The notes beneath the pieces were generated by a model. That model searched no databases, had not been told where the DNA came from, and was given only the letters and a program-made list of their open reading frames with translations. A DNA stretch of 63,262 nt, the filler included, from Hyphochytrium catenoides (lineage: Eukaryota; Protista; Hyphochytriomycota), in the NCBI GenBank assembly GCA_900088475.1. It is 14 parts of 14 records of this genome, joined end to end, with 100 filler letters (N's around TTAATTAATTAA, not from the genome) between each part and the next. Parts side by side here need not be neighbours in the genome. Positions count along the whole stretch, not along the records: positions 13,004 to 36,293 come from FLMG01002843.1; 13 more parts are not named here. One strand, given 5' to 3'. A program made the position numbers and the translations under genes. Of the stretch, positions 12,904 through 26,805 are shown in pieces (the stretch's first letter is position 1; every line of letters starts with the position of its first letter).

Positions 12904-13353
12904 NNNNNNNNNNNNNNNNNNNNNNNNNNNNNNNNNNNNNNNNNNNNTTAATTAATTAANNNNNNNNNNNNNNNNNNNNNNNNNNNNNNNNNNNNNNNNN
13001 NNNGGGGGGGGGAGGAGAGGCTTAAGCCTTGTAAAGGGCAATGCCTTGTTGGAAAGCAAGGTCCAGAATCGGCAAGAAACGTTTATTTGAAGGAGAGAAA
13101 GTGTTATTCTTTCTTCTTGTTTGTGGTCTGTTCAGCCTCTGCGGCAGCGAGAAGGGGAGAAAGGGGGGACAACGAGGGGAGAGACAGAAGAGAAGTGACG
13201 GAGATCCAGGAGAGAGAGAGCAACAATGGAGGCCTTATGTGGTGACCTAGAGGCGCTGATAGCTGAGAGGACGTGCACGAGAGGAGAGTGGGCGAGGACG
13301 TAGATGACGGAGCTGACCTTTCCCTTGGCTTGGTTTGGGCTCCATCTTCCCAG

Positions 13354-14661
13354 TGAAAGCCGCGAAGGAGGCGCTGGACACGCATGGCTTTGGCCTCAGC
13401 TCCGTCAGGTTCATCTGCGGCACACAGGTCAGCCTGGAAGAATTGGGACAAAGGATCGATTTTAAGGAGTGTGCTTGTTTATGTGATGGGGAGAGAGACG
13501 CAAAGAAGTAGAGAAACCAAGAGAGAGGGAGAAGGAGAGAGAAACACCTCTTCAGATCACGACGACAGTGTTCCTAGTTTACAGAGTCCCTTATGCGACG
13601 ACAGATGCAGTCATAGCGAGGTTGCCACAAGGGCAGAGGGATCTTGGGTTAGAGGCGGCAAGCTCGAAGTACAAGAAGAGAAACGCCTTGCTTGCCCGCT
13701 TACTGTCACGTCTCTTGTGCTCAGGATATCCACAAACAGTTGGAGCGGAAGATCGCCGAGTTCCATGGGACAGAGGACACAATCTTATATCCTTCCTGCT
13801 TTGACGCTAATGCCGGGCTCTTCGAGGTAAAGCCTTCTCTCTCTCTCTCCCTCGCTCTCCTTATTTTCCGTGGCGGTTCTCTGGGCCCTGGTGGCCCTTG
13901 AGACAGAGGGAGGAGACATCGATGTCTCTCGGGTGGAGTCGGCCGTTGGTCTTTCTTTGGGGCTTGAGCAACCTTTTCTTTCCCTCTCTCTCTCTCTGTC
14001 TCTCTGTGTCTCTCTCTTGTTTGCGGCATGGTTTCCTCGAGATCTGTATGATGAGGCTAAGCTTGCACTCTGTCACAGGCCATCCTGGATGCCGATGACG
14101 CGGTGATCAGTGATGAGCTGAACCATGCGTCCATCATCGACGGCATCAGGCTCTGCAAGGCTCAGAGGCATAGGTTCAAGCACATGGACATGAAGGACCT
14201 TGAGGAAAAGTTGAAGGCCACACAGGTGAGAAGAAATCGTTATAGATGGAGGCAAGAGGAGTCGAGAGACAGAGAGAGAGCAAGAGAGAGAGAAGAATAG
14301 AGAGAGAAAGACTCGTTTTAAACGTTTTGTGACACTTGTTTATCTTAGCACTGCCGTGTGCGGCTGATTGCTACTGATGGAGTGTTCAGTATGGACGGAG
14401 ACGTGGCTCCGTTGAAGGAAATCTGCGACTTGGCCGACAAGTGAGTCTCTGCTCTTCGCTCTCTTTCTCTCCCTCTCTCTTCCTCTCGCTGTTGCTCTTC
14501 CATCTCTAACATCGCCCTTAGGTACGATGCTCGGGTCTTTATTGATGAATGCCACGCCACGGGCTTTTTCGGTCGCACAGGGCGTGGGACAGATGAGTAC
14601 CGAGGAGTGCAGGGCAGAATAGATGTATGCTGCCGCGTGTCTCCTCTCGTCTCTCTCCCTT

Positions 14662-14743
<82 letters not shown>

Positions 14744-16134
14744 CCATGGTGCAGCTGCGTAGTTCCTGGTTTTTGTCCTTCTCTCCTTTCTTTTCCTCCA
14801 AATTGAAGCTGTTACTTCCATTGCATCGCCCGCCGTCTTACTCTCTCCCTGTTCCTATCCCCTGTCACCTCTTTTCCCCCGACTCTTCCTATTGGCTTTC
14901 TCTTTCCTTTCTTCCTCAGATCATCAACTCCACACTGGGCAAAGCGCTAGGCGGGGGCACCGGAGGCTACACCACGGGGAGAAAGGAAGTGATCGAGCTC
15001 CTCCGACAGAAGGCGCGGCCGTACCTCTTCTCTAACTCCATCGCACCCACAGTGGTAGGTCAATAAACCTCTGTCTTCCCTCTCCGACCCTTTTCGCCCC
15101 TTTGCTCGCTTAGGACTCTCAGATGCGCCTTACAGCTCCTCACACTTCCTCTCCCACGTTCTGTTCCTTGCATCAACTGCGCGAATCTTCTTTAGCCTTC
15201 CTGTGTTGGTTTGCTCTTTTCGTCTCTCTTCTCTCTCTCTTTGTGTGTGTGTCTTTATTGACCACAGACTGGCGTTTCTCTCTTTGGTGTGGCAGGTTGG
15301 TGCCTCACTGAAGGTGTTTGAGATGCTGATGGCAGACAGCTCGCTCCCTCAGAAGATCAAGGAGAACACTCAGCACTTCAGGAAGGAGATGCAGAGAGCA
15401 GGGTTCACGCTTTCTGGAGATAAGTAAGGCCATCTCAAGGCGTTTCTCTCCTTTCACCGTCTATTTTCCGTCAAGCAGCTCAGCCTATGTCTCCTGCCTT
15501 GGCAACCGTCGATGCGCTCCGTGTCCTTCTTTGTGGAGATATTTTTTTCCTTTGGTCCTCTGTTGATCGGCCGGCTAGTGGCTGTCTTGGCATATCTTTT
15601 TCTCTCTGTCTTGTGCTTCCCCTTGCTTGCTCGCTCTTTCGCCTTTGCACTTCCGTTCCGCGTCCTTTGGACTATCTCCTGACTTGCTTAACCTATTCTT
15701 ACCCGACTCTGTCTTGGTCTAGGGAGTGTCCTATCGTCCCTGTGATGATCGGGGACGCGCGTCAGGCATCAGAGATGGCTGACGACTTGCTGAAGAAGGG
15801 AATCTACGTAATCGGCTTCAGCTACCCGGTAAACAAGGGAGAGAGATGAGGGAGAAGAGGATACAAAGACGAAGAGAACGAAGGCACACAAGGAGAAAAA
15901 GGAGGGTTTAGGGAGGTTGAAATATGCAGTTCTAGGCGAGGGTCCGGCGCTTGCATTGGACGCACAGGAAGGATGTGTGGCTGACGCGAATGTTCCTCTT
16001 TCTCCTAGGTCGTTCCCAAGGGTAAGGCGCGCATTCGTGTGCAGATCTCAGCCGCGCACAGTCGCGAGCAGCTGGACCAGGCCATCAATGCTTTCAAGGA
16101 AGTCGGACGGGCCCGCGGCATCATCAGCAGCTAG
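13354..16134 (+). CDS. GCAT: 2-amino-3-ketobutyrate CoA ligase (glycine C-acetyltransferase), 5'-partial, 9 exons
   Basis: Spliced exons give [15 protein letters not shown]|DIHKQLE...[13 protein letters not shown]|...[19 protein letters not shown]...|[14 protein letters not shown]|[11 protein letters not shown]|[11 protein letters not shown] (PLP lysine)...RPYLFSNS|...|PIVPVM...[10 protein letters not shown]|[17 protein letters not shown]. Stop at 16132-16134. Confidence 0.96.
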
Positions 16135-16598
16135 ACACAATGACAAATAGAGACTGATAACGAACCAGTCGCATAAGAAAAAGTGGGCAATAGGTGGGCA
16201 AAAGATGCGGCATGAAAAACCTGACAGGTGACCGGTGGGAGGCTATCAAGAGATGTTAAGAGCTGAAGGAGAGGTTCTTTAGTTGGCGAAGGGGAAAGAG
16301 AATAAGAGAGAGAGGGAGATCGTAGGAAGAATCACTTATCATGCCCAGCGCTCTACCTAAGAGAAAGGAGTAATGCTTTGAAAGGAAAGACATATTTTCT
16401 GCCATCATTAATAAGTTCAAACCGATAGAGACACCTGTAAAGCTCTTGGACTGTTCTAATTTACCGCGACGGAAGAACTAGACGAGACAGAGGGGCAAAG
16501 AGACGACAGCTGGTAGAGCTAGAGACGAAGGGGAAGCGAAGGACATCCACGTGGTTATAGCGGAAGATGGAGAGGGGGCTGTGAGTTATGAGGTCTTT

Positions 16599-16819
16599 CT
16601 ATACAAGCTTGTTAAATAAATGAACGAACTGCAGGGCGGAGTGGCGGGAAGAGAACTTGTGCGGCAGGTGAGAGGCTTGGTAGAGCTCTATCAAGTCTTT
16701 GTCATCCAGAGCCACGCCTTGTACCGTCTTCTCGTCACCTAACAGGAAGAGGACCTCTTGCATGATGCTTGCACAGCTAAGAGCCAACTGACACGGAGTG
16801 TAGTGAATCTGAGAGAGGA

Positions 16820-16850
<31 letters not shown>

Positions 16851-17194
16851 ACGTTAAGAGAGCGAGTAACAGAATTGTGAAAGATAGCAAAGGCCTTATG
16901 TGCTAGCAGAGAGGTGTGAATAAGCGTTGTCCCTTCTTCAATATCTCTTCCTTACCTCGACCACCATTCCTTTCAATTGGTTGGACCTCATGCGACAGAC
17001 GCCGATCTTGATCTCAAAGTCCCCAAGATCGTAGTGGAAGCCCTGAAGAATACCGGCACCGGCGTCAGTAAGGCGATGACAGGAGGGAGAGGAAGAAGAG
17101 AAGGGACGAGAGAGGACGACTAAACAAGAATGTAAAGCGGCAGAGAGAGAGAAAGAAGTGTGTGTGTGTGAATGAGAGAGAGGGGTGTGTGTGT

Positions 17195-17227
<33 letters not shown>

Positions 17228-18241
17228 CGGGGGAGATCAATTAACCGGAGAAACGAATATAGGAAGGAGACATAATGAGAGGAAGCGTGAGAGGACGAAA
17301 TGAAGAGATGAGCAGATTCTATTGAAGGAGAGACGACCGAGGTGAAAGAGAACTCCTACTCCTTACCTCCATGGTGGCTTCAAGCTTCATAGTGTAAAGA
17401 TCAAGTTTCTGCAAGATAATGGCTCCTTCCTTCGTGCTCTCGAGCAGCACTCTCTCCGTCAGAGGCTTGGGCTTCTCTCTCTCGTTAACAATGTAGGTGA
17501 AAAGCTGCTCTGGGCTGTCCGACGTACGAACCATGAAGATCTCCTGCTTTTTGAAGCCCGCTGTACACGGTAAGGGCCAAGGACAAGATTAGAAGAGAAA
17601 AGAGACGAAAGGAGTGGCAAGAAGGGGCCCAATCGTGACGAGTCAGAGATATTGAAGAGATTCTAATTGAATGTTGAGGCATGATTGAGAGACATGAGCG
17701 ATAAGGGGAGAAAGGGAAGGAATAAGTGGCAGGACGAATCTACAGAGCGAGAGGGAGGTCGAACTGCGGCTAACAGTCTCTCTTCCGGTCTCACGTGTGA
17801 CTCTCTTCCTATGATAGAGACCGATGACCACGCGCCAACGGGTCGGCCGCTTCTTGGCTCCCAGGCTTTCAAGGACATCTTGCAAGCGCTGCAGCTCGCT
17901 GTTCACATCTTTAAAGGGCCATAGGAGAACCCTATAGCGGGGAGAGTGAGATCAACAATAGCCCAACGGCAAAGCGAGGAGAGATGAGTGGAGAGGACGG
18001 GGCCGAGGAGGAAGAGTACGACAAGAATGTCAGAGTGGGAGATGAAGAGAACACGAGAGAAGTGGGAGACAGAGTCAGAGCAAAACAGAGTGGGGAATAA
18101 AGCAGAGATAGATCCTGGAATTTAGACGAGGAGCCCGCCGTAGAAGAGTCGAAGAGGAAGAGGAAGATGAAGAGAGGCAGACGGCTTTGAGCAAAGGACG
18201 AGGATAGTATCGGAGGCTCTTCCCAACCTTTTAACACCCAT
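16599..18241 (-). CDS. MED20: Mediator subunit 20
   Basis: MGVKR|VLLWPFKD...LESLGAKK...WRVVIGLYH|...IILQKLDLYTMKLEATME|GFHYDLGDFEIKIGVCRMRSNQLKGMVVE|IHYTPC...FSSRHSALQFVHLF*. The GxxYxLGDFxIKxG...KGxxxExxYxP segment is characteristic of Med20. Confidence 0.85.
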
Positions 18242-18501
18242 GACGGGGGCCCCAAGCCCGAGCTGTCGGGCCCTCAGGTCCAAAGGTTCTTCTAGCCCCC
18301 GAGAGTAATAAACCTTGCCCCAAGGGAGGAGGACGGTGCGCTAGTGGTGCAAATGGAGACAGCTCTTTTCAGTCGCACCGTGACCTTCCTCCAACTAGGT
18401 AGCAATCGAGTCCTTCCTTAAGCATCTATCTGAGACGGGTACTCCGTGGTCCTTCCTGGGGCGCTGGGTCCTTCTTTCCACCAAAATATATAGAATGGAT
18501 C

Positions 18502-18736
18502 GAGCTCTGTGTAAAGCTCTACACAAAGCTCTCCTGTGAAGCTCTGTCTGACGCTCTTTGCAACTGATCTCGAACTCAAAGCTATAGGAGGCAAAGAGTT
18601 CTGTGTGAACCTTTATTATGAAGCTCTGTCTTGAGATTTCTGTGACAGAAGCTCTGTGCCAAGCTCTGCCCCTGAAGCTCTGCCTGAGCTTTGCCCTTTA
18701 AGCTCTGCCTCTGATGATTTTTGTCTCTGAAGCTTC
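18502..18736. repeat. Cluster of about a dozen (A/G)AGCTCT(G) motifs in the divergent MED20 / karyopherin intergenic region
   Basis: GAGCTCTGT, AAGCTCTAC, AAGCTCTCC, AAGCTCTGTC (twice), AAGCTCTGTG, AAGCTCTGCC (three times) and variants, with irregular spacing. Confidence 0.6.
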
Positions 18737-19317
18737 GTCTGACGCGATTTCTTGGATAATCAAAAAAGATTTTCAACATCACCACAGAACCAAAGAACGA
18801 TGTACGGCGGTCGACGCACACCCATGAAACGCATTTCGGAACAGACTCTTCGGCCCATAGGTTATAGTGCAGGCTGGGCATTGTGGGTTTGCCGATGCGT
18901 TGCGTTTGACGCCGTTGTTGCGAAGGATGTGAGAATCAGAAGCACGAGACAGAGGAAGCCGAAGCTTCATCTCTGAGAGAAGTCCAGCGCAGATGAAGCT
19001 CCAGCAACAGAGCTCGCACCCGTTATTGGCGCGGCATCGGCTCAGACTGAGGAGTCTGGGCGGTTTGATAAGAGAGATCTGAGCTGCTTGGATAGGGAAG
19101 GCAGTTCACATTTGTTAGAGGGAGGAGCTGTTGGCAGAGACCAGGCAGGTATGGTCCCCGTCCGTGTCTGCAGCTCTTGAGCTCCAGGAGCCGCAATAGT
19201 AAGTGATGCAGGTGCTGCCACTCCTTCCTTTAAGCAGCGGGGAAGCTGGTCTGCATCTTTCAAGGAGGTAGAGCTCTATGACCTTAACGGAGGAATACTG
19301 CATCCTACCGAGCAACA

Positions 19318-22300
19318 ATGACTGAAGATCTGCGTCAGCAGTATCATCATTGTGTTTCATGTCTCTTGGGATGGACGCCGGCCGACGCTTCGGCCAAGAA
19401 GCATGCTAACGACTGGTTGATGGCCTTCCAGGCCTCAGCACAGTCTTGGGCTATCTGCCTCGAATGCTGCTACCACCTCCTGGGCCCTGAGCGCACAAGT
19501 GAGGGCTACCAAGCGCTCTTCTTCACTCTGCAGCTGCTGCATGGGAAAGTGCATGCGGAGTGGATACACCTCCCTCCAGAGGACCGGCAGAAGTGCCGTA
19601 ACGCTATCTCTTCATTGCTTTTTCGAGGGAGAGAGTATGGAGGAGCGGAGCAGTGCCTTCGCCCTTTCTCTCTTCGAAAGCTCTGCACTTTAGCCGCTTC
19701 GGTCGCGGTTCTAGAAGGACCGGTAGGTGGGGAGCTTCTTCAGGAAACACTTCGTGCTCTTTTATCTCCCCAAGCAGCTGGGACAGAGAAGAATAATCCT
19801 GTGCCTCGGCTCCAGTCGGTTTATCTTTCTTTTCTGCTGCTCGAAAGCATTGCTGAGGAAGTACGCCAGGCTCATCAGCAAGGGAAAAATGTCGATACTC
19901 GACATCTGGAGGCGGTCGCGATAGAGCATACTCTCAGCCTTTCAACTGAGGTTCTGGCGTCGTCGGCTGCCGTCTCTTCATGTTGCTACGAATTCCTTTC
20001 TCTCTCTTCGGAGGCTCGAGACATGGCAGAAGATCGTGCACTTTACCTCATTCTCTCGCTCTCGTGCGAGGTGGCGGCACTCTCTTGCCTCCAAACCTGG
20101 ATGGACGCCTGTGAGGATGAGATTCCTCTGCTTCCCCTTCAGGAGGCACTGGGAAGAGGAGTCTTTCATTCTCTTCTCTGTATTATAGATAGGCCGCAAG
20201 CCGGCTTCGCTGTTTTGATGGAGAGAGTTATCAGACGTGGAGAGGACGTTACTGGGCAGATGAGAGGGAAAGACTCTAGAGATCTGGTGCTAGAGCGCTT
20301 GGCGAGCGGCTTCGAGGCGTCTTGCTCTCTTCTCTGCAGTCTCCTCAGCTTCAGGATGCCAGATGAAGTGACGAGTGAGCGCTGCAGCTCCGTGGAGTGG
20401 GATCGCTATAGAGTGCAGGTAGGCAAGCAAGTGAAGAGGAGAGTTGACGTGCGCAGAAGATGGTTCAGATGTGGTAGAGAGGGAGAAAGGAAGGGGTCTT
20501 GACCGATGCATCGGCGTAAGAAAGTTGCGTTAGAGTTAGGACGAGAAGAACAGAGTTGCGGGCGTCTGGTCTTTGCCTAACAGTCTCCCATTGTGCTAGA
20601 GTCAAGCGGTGGTGCAGGGAGCTAGGACACTTTCAAAGCAGCGGCCGCTCCTTCAGTTGTTGATTCAATTGTCGAGCGGAAGGAATAGCCCTAATTCGTC
20701 ACTCGTCTCTCTTCTGGAGTCAATATCCCGTCACCTGTGCCTGGTATGACCGTAGACTTTGTGCTAGCTGGTGCTACAGTCTTGGCTTTACAAGGCGTCC
20801 TCAGCATTTTATTACCTCTGTATGGATCACTTTCCTTACGGTCGCCACTCCTCTGCCTATCCATTCATCTCTTGTTTTTTCAGGCAGCGGTGCAGCTCGC
20901 AGAGGACCAGCGTCACTTACTCTGGAGTCCGGTTGGAGGCTTTCGGAAGTTGCGAGAGGAAGCTGAGGAGGACATACGCCGAAGGGACGGACAGGGCGAG
21001 GGACAAGGCGAGAGGGAAGGCACTGGCAGAGCTTTTCTTCACCTACTGGTCGATTGCATCAGTAGCCCGAGCCGACCAATTGCCATTCTTATGTTAGAGG
21101 TTAGTTCCACTTCCTCCTTTCCTCTATCTTAGAGGCACCTTCCCTTTCCAGTTTCCAGCCTTCCTTCCTTTGCTCTATCTTAGACCCACTTTGCCCTTTT
21201 TGCCCTCCCCCTTCACTCCAGGATTCTCCCTCTTTCTCCTACCGTTAGTGATCTCGCACATATTCGCATCGACTCATGAACTCCTCCTCTTAACCTCCCT
21301 GTCTCTCTCTCTCTCTCTCTGTGTAGACAGTCTACTTCCTCCCTTCGTACCTTATATGGGACCATTCCATTGCAACTCTTTGGCGGGAGCAGGTGCAGCA
21401 ATTGTGGCGCTTCTTCAGACTCTGTTGGGACCGACGTCTTTCATCATTCAGAGACTCTGACTTATACATAATTAGCTTTTTCTTATTTTCCGTATGCCGT
21501 TCCCCTTGACCTTCTAACTCCACCTGATCTCCTAACTCCACCTTCCCTCTGCTTACCACATGACGACAGCTAGATGACTATGTTGCAACCTTGCAGCGGG
21601 TCTTGCACTGTCTGTCACTCCACTGTATGCTCCCTCCGACCGAGCGAAATAGCAGCTGTTCTGAGCAGGAAGTAGAAGATATCGAGGAGTATAGAAGGTA
21701 TATCTCCCCTATTACCGTCAAATGTGTGCTTTCCAGCCTACGAGGCCCACTGCCATCTAGAGATAGGGCAACAGCAAATCTCGTTCCATCGTTAAGTGCT
21801 AGTCCTTTATTGTCCTCCTCTTTTGCTTTGTCGCCTCACTGACAGTCGCTTTGCTTTGGCGTCGCTCTTTTTATAATCCTTGAAGAGAGTCCGCAGATGC
21901 CTTTCTTTCGCTGGCGACCAACTGGCCCGCGCTTTCCTCTGCGGTTGCTCCTGAAAGGAGTCCGGACAGATTCATCTCTCTTCTGTCGGACCTGCTGGCA
22001 AACTGTAACACTTGGCAACAGACAGAGGTTATAGTACACATTCTGCGCTGCTTGTGTGAGCTTCTTATAGGGGACGAGGATGAGGAGCAAGAATTAGACG
22101 ATGGGAGCCGAGAAGAAGAGGGAGGCAGGCAAATGGTAGCCTCACAAACCTGGGGAAGGAAGGAGGGCGATGAGAAGCTGAAGGCTTCTTGGACTGTACT
22201 TCTCGAGCAGCTGATGGCCATCAACCTTGTAAGACCCCCCGTCAGTCCTCGGATCTAAAGCTTTTTTTTATTCGTGACAACCTTCAGCCTTCCCTTCCGC

Positions 22301-25300
22301 CCTCCTCTTTCCCCCTCTCCAACACACACACACACACAACACACCTCCCTCGCCATTGTGCTCGGAAGTTTCTCACTTGACCGCTCTTTCAAACTGACGG
22401 TGGCCCTGACTCCGCCTTCCTCGTGTCCCTTTCTTGTTGCTCTTCTTTCTCGTATTACCATTGTCTGAACAGACGTCACTCTCCGTAGGACCATCCTCGT
22501 TACCTCCAGAGCCTCCTTTCTCTTCTCTCTTCACTAGCTCGATGGCTATGTTCCCGGCCAGCGCTCTTGGGTCAGGCGGTGGTTCTAGCCCTCACAGAGA
22601 CACAGAAGCGTAACATCCAAGGAGCACGGACGCTTAAAACTCTGTGCAAGTCTCGAGGGTTAGTTATACATGGGATACTTCCAAGTCATTCTTGCCTCCA
22701 ACCCTTGCTGTCATGCCATCCCCTATCTTTCTTTCATGACCCGTTCCCAGCTCCCTTAGACCTAGGGTAACTCTTGGCCTGTTCTGTACGATATAAGCTT
22801 ATCACCTGCTACATTTCGTTGCTCGATCTTCACTTTCCAGTATCTGGGACCCTCCCTCTTGGCGATCTACTCATCCATCTGGTTTGTTGCTTTTAGCTCT
22901 GCGATTCCTTTTCAGCTTTGTCTCTGCTTGTCTCTCTCGCAGCTTGTGTGGAAATCCCTCTCAATTTCTGATATATATGCGTGTCTCCTTTCCCACAGGT
23001 CTCCCTCCCTTGCGTCCTTGCTGCTTCCAGGGGCCGTCACGCTTGTAGATGGGTTGGAGACTTCTGTCCTGGCACTGCTTTCTTCTGCTAGTTGTCCTAT
23101 AGACCTCTGTCTAGCGGAAGAGATGGAGGCCTTTTTCTCATTACTTTCATCCAGTTCTACTATCGGTGAGGATGAGTTTAATCATCGCTCGGCAACGGTC
23201 TTGAGACCTGTACTCAAAGCCTTGGAAGGTGAGTCAATGACCGAAGGTATTGGTTGCTCACCTGTTTATTTGAAATGACTTATTGTTCCCCCGCTATGCC
23301 CTTCTTGATGCGACTTAATCTCTCCCTCGAAGTCCACGTTAACCTGCGTCTTTTGGTATACTATCTTCACAGCCGCTGACTCTTCTGGTTCAGCAACACC
23401 TACAATTTCTTCTGTGGTCCCATATCTCGAGCTCCTCTGTGCGAGTCTCCGCGGAGCAGCTCTTTCCCGCTGGTACCTCTCCCTCGTGGAACTCATCTGG
23501 CCTGTCATCGCTCACGCGGCCAGTAGCACAGGAAAGCAGTTGATGTTCCTTTTCTGACCATGCTCACTCTTGCCCTTCACTTTCTGGGACGTCCGTATGA
23601 CAGACTAAATCTCCATCGCGTCGAAAGTCCGATTAGGCCCCGTCACCTAGACTCGTTCTCTACGGAATGCGGACGCATCCTCTTTGCTCTTATCTGATTC
23701 GTGTTCGACTGCATTAGTCATGGCTGACGTTTTTTTACCAATTTATCTCCCGTCTCTTCTTGCTTGCCTTCAGACTTGCAGTTACTGGATAACGCCTGCA
23801 ATTTGATCCGCGAGGTGCTCACAAACCTTCCAAGCTCTGCTATCTCCGCGAGTCTCCGGAATTCACTCTTGCATCTTATTCTAAAAATTCTTTCCACCTC
23901 AAAACTGCCCCTTGCCGCCGCTTGCCTGGGTCTGTTTGGAAAGAAGCTGGAGGAAACAAAATGGGATGATGAATTGCAGCTCGCCGGGCAGGCGGTCGAG
24001 GTATTGAGAGTTTCTTGGCCTGACTTGCTCTTCGGCACCTCGCTCTAAACATCCTCTCACTCTCTTCCAGCTTGAGTCATGCTTTCTGTCATTGTGTATA
24101 GTTGAGGACGGCTCTTAGGGTCTCGTGATGGCACTAGCACTTATTCTTCATCACAGGGGCTTCTCTCTGTCCTGGTGAATCCCCTTTGCTCTACCTGGGT
24201 CCGAGAAAGATCGCAGAAGGATTATCTGGGTGCACACCAGGAACTTCTGTCGCTACTTGTGGGAGAAGCGAACTCTTTAGGGTCGGGTTATCCAGCCTCC
24301 CAACCTTTATCATCACCGGTTTCTCTCTATCTTCCAAACGTCGAATTCTATGAGGAAGCCTTCGGCGCCCTTTCTGTTCTTGCTAGAGCAGTTCCGGCAG
24401 CATTTATGAGAGAAGCTTACCTGTGGCCTCACACCTTGCACGCTTCGGCTCTCTACACCAGTAATCTTCATTGTCTCTCGGTGGACTTGTCTGTCGCTGT
24501 CCTTTGGACATCCACAGAGGTATCTGCAGCGTTAGATTGTGTGGTCAGCGCCAGCAAGCATGGGGCCTAACCCTTGCTTGCTTCTAGGAAAGTCACTCGC
24601 TGGTAAAGAGGAAGGCTCTCCAGTTGCTGTCCTCCCTCCTCCATAGCGTGGATGCGAGTGAATCCGTGCAGGTACAGTGATAAGGAGAGGTCTAGCCTTA
24701 GAGTTTCAACCAGAAATGTCGCTTGTAACCTACGGACAAGGGTTATTCTGGTGTGTAAGTAGAAAAGGCAGAAGCTGCTGACTGAATGGTTGCAGGTAGA
24801 TGCCCTTAGGACGGCGTCTCGTTCCCTTATTTTTCAGTTAGTCCGTTTCGGAGGCTCCTCTGTCGGGGGTGGAAGGGTCCAGCGTGACAGTGCTGAGCTG
24901 CTCTTTGCTCTCCTGCAAGGAAAGAGAGTACCGGCAGAAGTTAAAGGTAGGGAGCCAATCTTGACATCACTTCGTTTCTGCTAGCTACTATCCTCTGGGT
25001 ATGCGGTTTATCATCGTCCAGGAAGACAAAGTGCCTCTAGATTTGCCTCAGCGCAACGAGTGTATCTTTAAGACCGCATTGGATCACGAAGACACTTCTG
25101 CCTTTTACCTGATAAGTCTACTAGCGTCAAGCCTCGTCTGAATCCTTCCTTGGGGTTCTAACTCTCTGTCCGTTGCTCCTTCCCGGCGTTCCGCTTTCTT
25201 ATGGCTGATACGCATCGTTATTTTACTTATCGGCTCACCATCTGGCACCTTTTGCAACCTTTTCTTTCCGTGCATCTTCCGCTCATGCCTCTCCATGGGC

Positions 25301-25477
25301 CGGGTCCTAGCTTGCTGCTCTAGCGCCCTCTTGGATTTAGAAAAATACACTCAGGCCCCGTATCGAGAACAGTGCAGGAGGAGCCTACAAGATCTTCTCC
25401 AGATCTCTCGCAAACCTTCGTTCCGCCACCATCTCACCGCGCTTACCCGCGTTTTATACCTGGCAGGACCACGATGA
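19318..25477 (+). CDS. Importin-beta family karyopherin (importin-13/transportin-3-like), multi-exon
   Basis: Long first exon with an importin N-terminal-like signature (AKKHANDWLMAFQASAQSWAIC...LFFTLQLLHGKVHAEWIHLPPE...LRKLCTLAA). Leu-rich helical exons continue to about 25477. Internal exon boundaries are approximate. Confidence 0.7.
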
Positions 25478-26209
25478 GATATGTCAAGGGAAATCCGTCC
25501 CTCATTCTCCCCTGGTCCGGTCGGTCCAACACAATGCACGAAAGCTATACGTTCTTTTGTGGTGCTACCGCTGTGGACCTCTGTCCTCTCATTCTCCGCA
25601 ACGGGCCTGGTGGAGGTTGCATAGATCGACCATCACTAACATCCTATTTATTAGTCATAAGCTCCTCCCTGGCTCTCTCACCTTCTGTCTCCATCACCAT
25701 TGCACTTATTGATGGATCTCTTTATCCTCTGAGAAATAGTGGCCTCCTTGTAGCTTCAAAAAGGACAAGAGATAGCCCACAACCCTAATTTATTAAGCCG
25801 CTGAACACGACATAACTGGAAAAGGTCGCATTCTCCACAAAGTAGCAATACAATATTCATATAACAGCTAGACTCTCTCCTTATCGTCAGGGATTTCTCA
25901 AATTGAGTAGTATGAGAAGCGTCGTATGATGATCGCTCCCTCGGCCTGTCCGAGCCCACTCAAGCAGCACTCTTAACGGAGCATGCTCCCTCCCTGATCA
26001 AACTGATAGCTAGAGCTGCACAGGTTCTTCCCGTCTCTTCCAATCTTGTTGCACACCTGAGAACTCCGACTGTTCTTACGACGAATGTTAACACATACTG
26101 ACCTAACCTCAACCTTGTTGTTGGCCCATTCCTTTCTCTCCCATACCCATACTTCCATCGGTTTAGAATGGCCCGTCCCTCTTCAGGATAGCGGACTCTT
26201 TCTAGCCCT

Positions 26210-26805
26210 CTACTCCGACCAGTCTGGTATAATGTCTTCCTCTGGCACCTGAAGGAGCAACGCAGTCCCAAACGAGCCCCATTTGCGCCAAGACGTCTGG
26301 AATGCGATAATCCACCCAAGTAGCAAAGCGGTCACTATGCAAAATCCAATGAGAGACCGCCGCACCCCTGCCACAGCGGAGACGAGATTCATCATGTGAT
26401 TTATTAGGCTCAGTCCTGGCAGAATGTACATGGGTTGGAAAGCGAGGGACAAACGAACGAAAGGGACGGCCGCTAGCTCTCTACCAAGAACGGAAAGAGG
26501 GGATAGGGGAGCATACTACGAGGTGACCGAGGGAAGCAGAGAAGTCAGTTATTACGAGGCAACTAGGGAGAACAAGGCCGTGGCGGCTCCTTACAATAAG
26601 TCACTTTGGGCTTTTTGTGGGGGTTGAATAGATACTGGCGATAAAAGAAAGCATTCACAGCCCACAGCCAGGGCAGAAAGGCCAGTCCTCCAAGAAACAT
26701 CTTCTTTGCAATAGCCTCGTCGTCCTCCTTGTTTAGATTCCTCGTCATCGTTCCACCGCTCCGGCCCCCAGCGGGCGCGGAAGCAGCGGGGTCAGTTCCC
26801 GACAT
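26210..26805 (-). CDS. PSENEN: Gamma-secretase subunit PEN-2 (2 exons)
   Basis: Exons 26805-26595 and 26367-26210 give ...IAKKMFLGGLAFLPWLWAVNAFFY...KVTYWVRRSLIGF...WIIAFQTSWRKWGSFG..., matching PEN-2 motifs GGxAFLPxLWxVN and xVxRSxIG...WxxxFQ...WG. An alternative start exists at 26748. Confidence 0.93.

Noticed and set aside
13354-16134. GCAT/kbl as bacterial contamination or recent HGT
   Set aside because: Eight spliceosomal introns show it is a native eukaryotic gene.
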